DNA of 64,000 nucleotides from the NCBI GenBank assembly GCA_043228905.1, contig JBHGNT010000003.1, positions 21,700,001 through 21,764,000 on the forward strand, given 5' to 3'. The position numbers and the translations under genes are program-made. Shown one piece after another: positions 1 through 11,230 of the stretch. A model generated the notes under the pieces. It worked only from the letters and a program-made list of their open reading frames with translations. It ran no database searches and was not told where the DNA came from. The stretch comes from Azolla caroliniana. Lineage: Eukaryota; Plantae; Polypodiophyta. Each line of letters starts with the position of its first letter. The stretch's first letter is position 1.

Positions 1-598
1 GAAGTCTTCGTCTTCCAACTCCATCCTCCCTTACCGCCCTTTCACGTCGGGTTCACCAAAGATGTCGCGGTATTCTACGGGTACGTGTAGGATCTTAGGT
101 GGGACCATGAGGGTCTTGGACTAGGAAGGGGTTAGGAGAAAGGAGAAGAGATTAACATGGAACAAGAAATAAATGGAGGCAAGATACACCAATGAGTTAC
201 ATTAAGAAAACACCACACGCTTTACAACCGTGGCCGCATAGGCCGAACGAAAACCCTAACCAAATAGGTAAAGAAGAAGAGTAAAACCCTAGACAAAACC
301 CTAAGACCCAAATAGGGAGAAGAAGAACTCTAGAACAACCAAAACCCTAACCAAGAAGAGAGAGACTACCAAACCCTAGATCTAAGTGGTATACCCTTCT
401 AACACAAAATAGGCAACCCCTTCACAAGAGACCCCTCCCTTCCTTTTATAGCCCAAGGAGGGAGGGACGTTACAATGTGGGATAAATACTCCCCTTTATT
501 CTATACACATTTTCCTACTATACATGTGCTCATGTTGCACACCGCCTACTTGCCCATTCCATCCAGATTTCGCACTATAGCCAGAAATCTTCATGACA
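1..598 (-). mobile_element. 5' LTR (63-598), tRNA-Trp PBS (41-58) and start of the internal region of an LTR retrotransposon that runs off the window start
   Basis: Reverse complement begins TGTCATGAAG and ends CCGCGACA, and is homologous along its length to the LTRs at 44553-45100 and 46435-46982. Bases 41-58 (TTCACGTCGGGTTCACCA) match the 3' end of plant cytosolic tRNA-Trp as I recall it, 4 nt from the LTR end. Confidence 0.85.
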
Positions 599-1289
599 AC
601 GCATATGCCATGATCAACATCACAACATGTTGAGATATCAAGTTCAACTAGGTTTAGTTATTTTGTCAATAATATAACTTAGTAGTTATATAAATAGAAT
701 CTAGTTAAGTGGGATACATTCGAGATCCTCCACTCCCAAGTTCAATAAATATAGAACTTACATCCTTGTACCTATATTCTCCTCACAAATGTGCACCCTT
801 GCACATGAGATGTATATATACATACCTCATTGTGGGTATTTTTGTAATTTGATGCTTATTAATATAGAGAAAGGTGTTCTAGATACACTCTTGTTAATCA
901 TCCCCCATTTGCTTTATTGTTCACAAAATATATTTCCTCTCTATCTCTCATTTAACTTCCTTACTCTCACACACACAAACATATCACATAGTCTTCCATT
1001 GCTTAATCACATACATGATTAACTACTACATAATTAAGAAATAATTAACCCTAATTAATTACCTAAGTATTAACAATTCCCTTATTGACATCTTCAAGAT
1101 TAGTGTATGTATTACAAGGTGTTTCAATGTTCTCAACCATAGGATTCATTCGGACCTCATGCATATGTAGGCTTTGTGCATATTCTAGCATTTCTTTATC
1201 TGTAAATATATAATCAAGTTTATGCAATTAAGCATATTATAAAATATTTTTCCATAATCCATTATAATACAATCCTTTGAGCCGCGCAA

Positions 1290-1420
1290 TCGACAACGAT
1301 CCTCTTTCTGATATCTTTATATTTTGGTATTTTCCAACTCTAGCATTAAAGTCTCTCATAATTAACACTTTACCAAACTTCTCAAAAAAGGCTTTATTGC
1401 CTCTTGTCATTATTGATCTT
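1290..1420 (-). mobile_element. Decayed LINE endonuclease (APE) fragment
   Basis: ORF 1237-1503(-) contains KVLIMRDFNARVG, resembling the GDFNARVG motif of LINE/RTE endonucleases. No further intact domain is visible. Confidence 0.45.
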
Positions 1421-1627
1421 ACACGCTTTCTTGATTTGCAAACCCGCGCCAGATCGAAATCCAGACAATTCTTCCACCTTTTGCAAAAATCTCCCCTTGA
1501 CAATCAGCTACCTTGTCCCTTTAACAGGTTTCTGGAGCTAATTATGCAAATTAAAATAGTAAATCTTTCTTTTAGTATACACCCATACTTTTGTTCACAT
1601 GCTCCTTTCATTGTCCCAAGAGGATTA

Positions 1628-1681
1628 GATTCGAACCCTTGACCTTATCATTGTAGGCATAAGCTCTTGCCAATTGGAGTA
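1628..1681 (-). repeat. tRNA-derived (SINE-head-like) sequence
   Basis: On the minus strand, TACTCCAATTGGCAAGAGC (A-box-like) and GGGTTCGAATC (B box) sit at tRNA-like spacing. No intact cloverleaf is visible. Confidence 0.5.
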
Positions 1682-1801
1682 TTGTCTTTATATTATGCTA
1701 ATAGTTTATACTACCTCTTCTCCTTCTTATCATACCTTCCTTCAATCTTTCTTATATCTTGAGTTGATGCATTTCCTCTCTTGAACTCTCCATGTCACGG
1801 C

Positions 1802-1804
<3 letters not shown>

Positions 1805-1876
<72 letters not shown>
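1805..1876. repeat. (TG)n microsatellite
   Basis: Uninterrupted GT dinucleotide run. Confidence 0.97.
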
Positions 1877-1878
<2 letters not shown>

Positions 1879-2254
1879 ATGTATGTATGTACATATGTAC
1901 TAATGATTGTATGTATGTGTGTAATGCACTAATGGTTTATTTAGTAATTTGTAGAAGTTCAAAAAACATTATCTTACTTTGCATAATTTGATTGGTAAGA
2001 GTTATCAACAAGTTAGCCCATACAATTAGGTGAGACAAGAAGCCTATGATAATAATAGTCAATCACGCAATTTTTTCTAAGGAGTTGTGGGAGAATGTTT
2101 ATGGATCCTCAAGTCTAGCAGTGAAATGTGTGAATTATTTTACACAACTGTCTGATGTACAAATGTGTGTTGATAGGATGATCAACACTTACAGAGGCCA
2201 TTAGCTAATTGATTTGCAACGTAAAGTATGACTCTAGCAACTCTTTTGAAATCA

Positions 2255-2330
2255 ATTATAAGGGTTGATTCTTGGCAAAAAGGCTATTCCCAACAAGCAC
2301 ATGGCATTGACTATGATGAGACCTTTGATG
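2255..2330 (+). mobile_element. Copia RT remnant
   Basis: AAAGGCTATTCCCAACAAG..GGCATTGACTATGATGAGACCTTTG translates to frameshifted KGYSQQ..GIDYDETF, a copia RT motif. Confidence 0.55.
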
Positions 2331-3728
2331 ATTGACATGTATCCTTCCATATCCTTTGATATTCTTCCTATTAAGTTGCAACAACATATGAGAAGCCCAT
2401 TACAATTCATATATTTACCCTTAAACACAATTCGTACTTAAGTGAAATGAAAGAAATCCTTACTTTTTTCAAAAATTGCCTATATATGCTTGGGTAAAGG
2501 ATAAGGCTCCTCGTCACATAAATCTTTAGCTTAAACATATATGTTTCGCGAATTTGTGAATACTAATTGAAATGGTGTATGTCATCATTGGACAAATTAG
2601 AAACTTAATTTCCTTGGCTACTAGCCTATTCTTAATGATGATATGTTGAAGACAAATGGATTGGTGTACTATAAATCTATTATATATTGTAGATTTTATT
2701 TTAGCAACTTAATTATGTGTTCAATCTAGAACTCAACTTCGACCTAGTTGTATATATGGTAGTTTTCAAATTACCAAGGGTAAAACTTTTCCATTGTGAG
2801 TTGAGTCACTGCCTACAGGTATATATTTCAACGCTTGTACCTCTCACATAGCTACCAGTTCACTTTTGACCAATTGAATTTGTCAAGCATATTGTATACT
2901 CTTCTCAATAATTGGAGTTCGCCGCCTGTTGTATGTTATTTAATGCACTTAAATTATATGGTTCTATATGCATGTACATTTAATGTTAATGTCATCTATG
3001 AACTTGTTGCTTATCTAAAAAACTATTAACAAGTTTTTTAATACACTTAAAATTGTACATGGCATTACCACTAATGATAAATTACTTATTTTTAAATTTT
3101 TGTTGGGAGAAATTAGCAAATAATTGATATACTTATTATTAATTCATCGTTAATAGTGAGTTTAGGGATTGAGAAACATTTGAACATTAACAACATCCAA
3201 ACAAGAGCCCCATATTGAGAAACATGAAGTTGATGACATCGTCTAGAAGAAAAGTTGAATCAACATCCCAATGATCTCATATGATGTTTGACAAATATGG
3301 ACACACTAGACACACTTGACAAGAAAAGTTAATACAACGGTATTTATTAGAAAAGAGAAAAAAACATATATATGAACCATTGACTCTTTCACTCCTCCCC
3401 CACATTATGCACACAATGGGATTAGCTCTTCAATGCATGCCCCACCCAGACAAATCACATGGCATACTTATGAAGCCTTTTCATTACATTTCATGACATC
3501 TCTTTGCTCTTTTGGAAAAGAACAAACATCCTTGCCTAACCTTCTTGACCAACCTAGCCTTTTAGAGATATGCAATTGATTTCCCATCTAAATAAAGTTG
3601 CATTAACTAATTTACTACCTATATGTTGGTGAGCATCTATACGCACAATGTTGTCTGATGTTGTAACATTAAATCTTCTAGCATCTAATCTAGTTGTACC
3701 TTACCAGATTTGCAATGTTATATGCAAG

Positions 3729-3748
3729 TGCCATTTGCCATGTATGCA

Positions 3749-3801
<53 letters not shown>

Positions 3802-3984
3802 ACACATCTACATAATAGGTAGATACATGGAGAAATAGATTTTATTACCATCCTTGAAGGTTGAATATGACCATGGGAACAATAATGAAACATATTCATG
3901 TAAAAAATATTAATGTACTATCTAGGAAAGTGACCATTGATAGCGCATTTTGTGGATGTGGGGTTGCCATTTGCCATGTATGCA

Positions 3985-4023
<39 letters not shown>

Positions 4024-4184
4024 ACATCTACATAATAGGTAGATACATGGAGAAATAGATTTTATTACCATCCTTGAAGGTTGAATATGACCCATGGGAA
4101 CAATAATGAAACATATTCATGTAAAAAATATTAATGTACTATCTAGGAAAGTGACCATTGATAGCGCACTTTGTGGATGTGGGG
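3729..4184 (+). repeat. Tandem duplication (3729-3963 / 3965-4184), each copy containing a (GA)n tract
   Basis: Near-identical copies run TGCCATTTGCCATGTATGCATTTAA(GA)n...TGTGGATGTGGGG and differ mainly in (GA)n length. Confidence 0.95.
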
Positions 4185-4984
4185 TACATGTATGTAGATG
4201 TGGGACAACAATGTCACAAAATGGTCAATAGAGTACAAGTTGTCCTCATCACATAAAAATTTATGCTTAAGCACATATAGTCCCTTAGCAAATAATTAGG
4301 AATGAACTTTTGGGAGTGTTAATTGCTCTCGATTTAGAAATTGCCATCATTAACCAAATTGGAAACTGGATTTCCGCAACTATCTTTAATTTGGATTTGT
4401 TAAATCCCAAATAGGCTAGAGTAAATATATTTTAGACCTTATATTTCTTTTGAAGTTAAGTTAATTATGCATTCAATCTTACTTTTCATTTGACTAGGAA
4501 CTCAACTTTGATTGAATAGTATATATTGTTAATTTTCAAATTACCAAACAGAGCAACTTTTACATTGTGAATCAAATTTCAATATTTCAATGCTTGGATT
4601 TATTGCTTCTAGATAATCCAATTTTTGGGAGTTCACACTTTTATAAATAATGGAGGTTCACTCAGTCATGTATATTATTTATTACAACTAAAGACATATT
4701 CACCTAACAACTAATGTTTTATTGGAATCACAAGCAATAAACCCAATATTACATTTTAACTAATGATTTATAACGTCCTTTTTAATTGCAATGAGATTGA
4801 ATGAGAGAGATACATATATATAATCATGAGTTTATGAAAACAAAAGACAATATTTGAAAAGGAAGGAAAGATACCATGAGTTGTGTGTGTGTGTGTGTGT
4901 GTGCGCGTGTCAATGCATCCTTTGGTAAGCCTTTAATTAAAGAAGAATTTATACCTACCAATAAAACTTGGAGGGGAGGAAACC

Positions 4985-5363
4985 TATAAAACAAATCCGA
5001 CATTACTCTTGAGTCCTACTTCTCATAACACAAACTTAGAACACTTGCAGGTAATCTCTTCCAACAATTTGTTTTTCCCATTACATTTGCTTTTAAAACA
5101 TATGAATTATGTATCACAATCCAAGGCTTTGGTTATCAACCAAGAACTTCAAGTACGTTCAGATGATTAATTGCAGTTTATTTACATAGAGCTTGAACCA
5201 TGGTTCAACCTCCATTAATGTTGTTTCCTTAGGAATGAAAAGAATGTGGTCAACGACCATTTACCTCTTATAAAATGTACTCTATACTATCTACATATGT
5301 GTAGGTAATGTATTTTGTACCATATACTAATACATATCTTATATTGTGGCTATATTGTGGCAG
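4985..5363 (+). promoter_or_regulatory. Putative TATA box (4985) and 5'UTR intron (5051-5363) of the P450
   Basis: CCTATAAAA, then donor CAG|GTAATC at 5051 and acceptor GGCAG| at 5363, 5 nt before the ATG at 5369. Confidence 0.55.
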
Positions 5364-5368
5364 GAAAT

Positions 5369-6988
5369 ATGGATCTTGCAACAATAAGGGATGAACATGC
5401 AATGTTAAACCTTATAATGGAGAGGAACCAAGAAGTGATGGTATGTGGTACAATCATTCCTGTGTTTATGGATTTGATCTATTGGATGGAGGTGCTATTG
5501 TTGGTGAGTGTAGCATTTGTAGGAATAGGTTCTCTTAGAGCATTGATGGTATACAACAAAAATCCTTCACAACTTGTTGATTGGCCCGTGGTGAGGATGT
5601 TGCCAGCACTATTGGCCAATGCACACAACGTTTATGATTGGTTGACAACATTACTAATAGACAATGGGGGAAGCTTTCAATTTTGGGGACCATGGTTCAC
5701 AAACATAAACTATTACTATACAGCTGACCCAATGACTGTGGAGCATGTATTGCGCTTAAAATTCAACAATTATCAAAAAGGTCCTGACCACCATGCTATA
5801 TTCCAAGACTTACTTGGGGATGGAATCTTCAATGTAGATAATGCACTATGGTCCCTACAAAGGAAATCATCAAGTTTACAACTAAACTCACGAGAGTCCA
5901 AGACATTCAATGATGAGACAATCATTAAATCTGTAAATGAGAAGCTACTTCCCATTCTTCACCATTTGTGTGTTGGTGGCACTCCCATTGACCTACAAGA
6001 TCTCATGTTGCGCTTCACATTTGATACAATGTGCATTTTGGGATTTGGGATGGACACTGGCTACCTTTCCCATGATCTCCCCTTGATCACATTTGCTTCT
6101 TCCTTTGAGCATGCACTTGATTGTTGCACCCATCGCTTCTTGCTTCCCTTGTCTTGGTGGAAAACCCTCAAGTTCCTTAAATTTGGTAAAGAGAATCAAA
6201 TGCCTACCGCCATCCAAGTAATTAGTGGCTTCCTTGACCATGTAATCTCAACTCGTCGTCGTGAACTTCAATTTAACTCTCCCCCAACATCTAAAGCTGA
6301 CCTCTTGTCTTGCTTTATGAGACTTCAAGAAACTTCACATGATGACAAATTTCTCAAAGATATCTCTTTGAACTTCTTACTTGCTGGTCGTGACACTTCT
6401 GCCATTGGTTTGTCTTGGTTCTTTTGGTTGGTTGCTAACCATCCACATGTTCAAGAAAAACTTCTTGAGGAAGTGAATCAAGTGTTTGGTTCTTCAAAAA
6501 AACCCTCACTTACCAAAAGTGCTCTTTGTCAATTGACCTACCTTCATGCCACTTTATCCGAGACCCTTCGTCTTTATCCTCCAGTGCCAATTGATGTAAG
6601 GCATGTAATGGAGGATGATGTATTACCTAATGGAGACCAAATAAAGGAGAACCATAAGTTGGTATATTCTATATATAGCATGGGTAGAATGCAAAGCATT
6701 TGGGGTTCTGATTGCACATCCTTTCGTCCTGAGCGATGGCTTTCGAAGGATGGCACCACATGTAGACAAGATATTTCACCTTTCCAATATGTTGCATTTA
6801 ATGCAGGTCCTCGAACATGCCTTGGTAAAGACATGGCCTACTTCTTAATGAAGTCAGTGGCATCTATGATATTGTTCCATTTTAAAATCATATTGGTCCC
6901 TGAACACAAGGTTCTCCCTAAACTTTCTGTCACATTATATATGAAGCATGGTCTACTTGTAACCTTGGAACCTCATGAACCCAAATAA
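5369..6988 (+). CDS. CYP86: Cytochrome P450, CYP86 clan (CYP86B-like fatty-acid omega-hydroxylase), 539 aa, CDS without introns
   Basis: N-terminal membrane anchor, GPWF and GDGIFN motifs, I-helix AGRDTS, ETLRLYPPVP, FRPERW and heme motif FNAGPRTCLGK. Start placed at ATG 5369 (MDLATIR) because the ORF-track start at 5315 is a TTG inside a likely intron. Confidence 0.93.
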   Translation: MDLATIRDEHAMLNLIMERNQEVMVCGTIIPVFMDLIYWMEVLLLVSVAFVGIGSLRALMVYNKNPSQLVDWPVVRMLPALLANAHNVYDWLTTLLIDNGGSFQFWGPWFTNINYYYTADPMTVEHVLRLKFNNYQKGPDHHAIFQDLLGDGIFNVDNALWSLQRKSSSLQLNSRESKTFNDETIIKSVNEKLLPILHHLCVGGTPIDLQDLMLRFTFDTMCILGFGMDTGYLSHDLPLITFASSFEHALDCCTHRFLLPLSWWKTLKFLKFGKENQMPTAIQVISGFLDHVISTRRRELQFNSPPTSKADLLSCFMRLQETSHDDKFLKDISLNFLLAGRDTSAIGLSWFFWLVANHPHVQEKLLEEVNQVFGSSKKPSLTKSALCQLTYLHATLSETLRLYPPVPIDVRHVMEDDVLPNGDQIKENHKLVYSIYSMGRMQSIWGSDCTSFRPERWLSKDGTTCRQDISPFQYVAFNAGPRTCLGKDMAYFLMKSVASMILFHFKIILVPEHKVLPKLSVTLYMKHGLLVTLEPHEPK

Positions 6989-9106
6989 CAATATTAAAAC
7001 CTGCATTTTATCATTATAAGTTGCAGTCTATTTTAGTTTTCACACCTCACAAAGGCAATTTATGATTGTGCATAAGCTCAATGGATTGGATTTAAGGAGT
7101 TAGTAATAAAAAATTGTAGGAGTTCCATTTTGATGAACCATGTATGCTATCTATGCATATTACACATCACATCATATTTAATTTGCTACCATCAATTCTC
7201 AACTCTTTACCTTGTGTATTTAATCATTGTATGTATAGATATGCAAAAGGATTTGATCATTAGTTTTGGTGAGCACAAATCCCACTCTGGTTTTCATTGG
7301 TTGCACAAAGTACAATATCTTGTATATAAATTCAAAAGTTATTTGTAAATCTGCTTCATAAAATCTTGCATAACATCATTGGACATCAACCATTATGTTA
7401 ATTTAAAATTCATTCTACAATCACTTGAAAACTTCATTCAAAATACATAATTTAATGTACCATGCTTTCTTCATATTGCTCATGTGTGCATCTTACTTCT
7501 AAATACCCCATTAATTTTCTTTATTTTCCCAAATGCACGTTGAAAAGAGGGATGCAACTAACAATAGGAACAAATTTCATTGCAAGGTTGAAAAGACCAA
7601 TTAATTGCTCAAATGAGACAAAAAATGCTTGAAAGCTTATTGTTGCAAGATGTGCTTTATGCTGGTTTTCGTGCATGTTCCATCATTCGTTGTGGAATCT
7701 GATTGCAGGATGTGTTTTTTGTTCCTCCATCTTATCGTGTTTGGTTGTGTTATTTTAAGTGAATAAGGACAGCAAACTGCTCCAATAGTGTTGTTCGCCT
7801 AAAGCAATGCTTTAATTTTCTGGATCCCAACCACAAAAGAGTAAAATTTGAATATTGACAATGGATGATGGGTTGAAAACTTGGTAATGACAATTCATAA
7901 GGTTATACGTAAATGACAATTTTTATTGGTTTAAAATATCATAAAAATAAATTTTCGAAACAGATTAGAATAATGCAACTTACTGAAATCACATAATCAT
8001 ATTTACTAAGCATTAGTGTATTTTATGTTTCTTGCAACTTTTGAGCAAATGCAAACAATGAGAGAGAACTAGCATATGCAAACAATGAGAGACACTCCAC
8101 TTCACCTCTACCAATGGGGTTTCACTTCTGGATAGCCTTATTATTTTACAAAGAGAAATTTTCACAAACGAGGATCCACAAGCTCATCCAAAGCACATAC
8201 GCATACGCCTGCTGAATAGGCTGAGTGCGCTCCATCTCAGACTTCAACAAATTGGCAAAATATGTATTCATATATGCCCATCATAGCACAGGGCTAATAG
8301 TTGCAACATGTACCATTGCTTCAGCTACATTACCCTAATGATCCAGTTTGGTCAGCTCAAATAAGTAAAATGGTGCATCTAAACATCTAAACAAGACCTT
8401 AACCTAAGATCATACAAACTAGCACCAATGGGTTCTCATGTTACAACTTCAGGATTGGAGATGGCTATATACCCTCCTTCCAGAAATCTTATATATTTTT
8501 GTTGCAATAGAGGATTTCCTAAACGAATGTCTCCAGTCAAGGATCTAACTTGATTTAAACGGTGCCTAGTAGATCAATTATTTTCACTCAAGAAAGAGGC
8601 ACGTGAAATTATAAGGGATTGTATCGTTCAATTACAAAATTTACACTGTAGGAGTGAAACTGAGGACAAGATGACCGATTCAAAATTGATGGATAGGCTC
8701 ATAGTGGTATGACCAAACTCTTCACAATTTCATTGTACCACAAAATTGAAGATCATTCACAAAAGCATATGACGAAGCCATTAAATGTAAGACAACTTAT
8801 TCGAGGGTAAACTAGCTTTAGCACTTATCTTAGTTATGCTAACTCTTAGAAATACTACGTCCGACACGTAGCACAAGATGACAAATTTATGATAGGCCAT
8901 GTAATGAGAAAACACATGACCCCAGAAACCTTCTTCCTTGTTAGTGTGTTTGACATTCCTCCTACATCTTTTTTATTGCATCAACCTTTGTTGGGAACTT
9001 GCAACCATACCGCTATCATGATGTGGCGTGCTAGAAGGTGGAAAACATATGAAAAAGATAAAAATAAGGTGCCACAGATTGTACATGTCCTTATGAAAAT
9101 ATAAGC

Positions 9107-9180
9107 ATATGAATGGCCTAGTGGTTAGAACCATTCACTTGGTTCAATAGGTGCAGAGTTCGAATCTCTGTAATGCAGCA
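9107..9180 (+). repeat. tRNA-derived SINE-like head
   Basis: A box TGGCCTAGTGG (9114-9124) and B box GAGTTCGAATCT (9156-9167), with degenerate stems. Confidence 0.55.
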
Positions 9181-9308
9181 CAAATTAAGGAGCATTTATT
9201 CCTTTTTCTTTTTCGATGAAAAAGAGAAATATTTGCATTTAAGGCGCCTCTCTCAGTATAAGAGGGGGAGATGGCTCTTTTTTTTTCTTCTTCGATTTTT
9301 CTTCAGAA

Positions 9309-9815
9309 TTTCAACATTTTGGAGGAGCACTGCACTCCTGACGTTCAATTTTCAGCATTTTGGAGCCCGACCTGTATTTTCATGTGAAGGTTATTCGTTC
9401 CTTCACTTCTTCTCGACCTCCTCTTCTATTTAGGTGGCCATTGTGGTCTCTAACATCACCAAACTCGTTGCATGTGGGAGAAAGAAAGAAAGAAAGAAAG
9501 ATATATTAATGTCTTCTAAGGCCAAAATTGGCCCATGAGACAATTGGTTTACAACAAAATGAGTTTCAACATTTTGGAGGAGCACTGCACTCCCAACGTT
9601 CAATTTTCAGCATTTTAGAGCCCGACCTGTATTTTCATGTGAAGGTTATTCGTTCCTTCATTTCTTCTCGACCTCCTCTTCTATTTAGGTGGCCATTGTG
9701 GTCTCTGACATCACCAAACTCGTTGCATGTGGGAGAAAGAAAGAAAGAAAGATATATTAACATCTTCTAAGGCCAAAATTGGCCCATGAGACAATTGGTT
9801 TACAACAAAATGAGT
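9309..9815 (+). repeat. ~255-bp tandem duplication (9309-9563 / 9564-9815)
   Basis: Near-identical units TTTCAACATTTTGGAGGAGCACTGC...ACAACAAAATGAGT. A short related piece recurs near 10600-10650. Confidence 0.95.
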
Positions 9816-11230
9816 ATTTATCCAGTCATCAAAATGAGGGATCCGTTAGCTTGCTTATTGGCCATTCAAAGCGAGGATGGAGTGGCCAAGAACACTACTC
9901 CAAATCTAGAAACCAAAACGGTTTTGGCTTCTTGGCAAATTTGTATACTAAATTCTAGGGTCGTGGATGTGGCTTCTAAGCGTAAGGGGTCGAATACCTC
10001 AAAGAGTTTTTTGAAGAATATAAGTTTCTCTTCGGGGGGTGGGGAGAGGTGGTGAAGATGTTGACTTCATGATCCTGTAGGTTTTCTAGGTTGTCCAGAA
10101 GCGGGGCCAAGGGTGACTAAAGGGGCGATTGTGCGGGCTGCTTCTAGGGTTTTCGAGTGCTAAGAGTTTTTTTTCATTGTTTGTGTGTGGGCTATCATTG
10201 GGCTTTTCTAGTGCTAGCATTCTAGTGGGCATGGGGACAATTTTGTGGGTGTGGGACACTTTTTGTGGGCATGGGGGCGATTTTTGTGTTAGTGTTGGGA
10301 TTATGTGAATCGACGGTGGTGATAGTGTTATTATTAGTTTTTTCTAGTTTCGAAAGGTTATTTGTGGTGTCTTCAATATCTACATAAATATGTTCAAACA
10401 TTAAAAAAATCATTAACAACATTTACATTACCACAAGAAGTTGAAAGAGAGGGGGGAGAGGGCATGTTTGTATTTGGTTGTGCATCGTGTGGTTCGCACC
10501 TTGGAGCTTCCTTTTGGGATTTTTGACGCCATTGAAGGGTTAAGTAGTGGGCGAGGGAAGACAGAAGTGGAAGGAGAAATGATAGAATAATTGGGGGGGG
10601 AAAGAAAGAAGAAAGATATATTAACGTCTTTTAAGAGACCAAAATGGCCTAGAAGACCAAACAAGAGATTATATTACTCAGTAAATACAAAAGTAAATAA
10701 GATGAAAAAGAGACAAGAGGATCTGGTTTTCGGCACATGTGAGATTCTCAAGTTAAATAAATGATAACTTTTGTCTTTGAAAGATCTCTTGCATAGTTCG
10801 ATCCAGAATGGAGAGGTCTCCGAAGCGAGGGAAGAACCTGTGATGGCGGGAGATAATGGCCATTATCTGTCGATGATGAGGGTGTTGAGGTCGTGGTCCA
10901 TGGGGCCGGGGCCTACGTGCACGACAAATTGCTATTGTCCGATCTATTGCATCCCCTCTATTATGTCTTGATCAGGAGCCCATTTGTGTATCCCTTGCTC
11001 GACTTGTAGCATTAGTAGGAGTGATGGGGCCAAAGAAAGTTGTGATTGTCTCTTGAGTTCTAGCAAGAAAACCGTGTAGCAGGCCAAAGCCTTGTTTAAA
11101 GAGGCAATGATATCTCCCTCTACTTTCATAAGATACTACAATGACAACCATAGTGTTTGTATTCGTATTCGTATTCGTATTCGTTTGCATTCGAATGAGA
11201 AACCCGACGAATGCGAATATGTCAATCTAT

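Noticed and set aside
41-58. tRNA-Trp gene
   Set aside because: Only the 3' 18 nt including CCA are present, next to an LTR end, so this is a primer-binding site.
250-385. AAACCCTA telomere-like repeats
   Set aside because: They are scattered telo-box-like motifs within an LTR, not a telomeric array.
1809-1991. Short ORFs built on microsatellites (also 39210-39567), and antisense ORFs within the P450, PI4K and ZRF1 genes
   Set aside because: These are artefacts of dinucleotide repeats or shadows of real coding sequence.
5193-5208. 16-bp palindrome TTGAACCATGGTTCAA in the P450 5' intron
   Set aside because: It is a single short palindrome with no supporting context.
5315-5368. P450 start at 5315
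   Set aside because: This is a TTG start inside a probable 5'UTR intron. The first ATG is at 5369.
9107-9180. Functional tRNA gene (also 1628-1681 and 46984-47056)
   Set aside because: A and B boxes are present but the acceptor and anticodon stems do not pair.
11155-11220. (ATTCGT)n array with a short inverted copy
   Set aside because: Probably a subterminal remnant of a DNA element. No termini or TSD could be defined.
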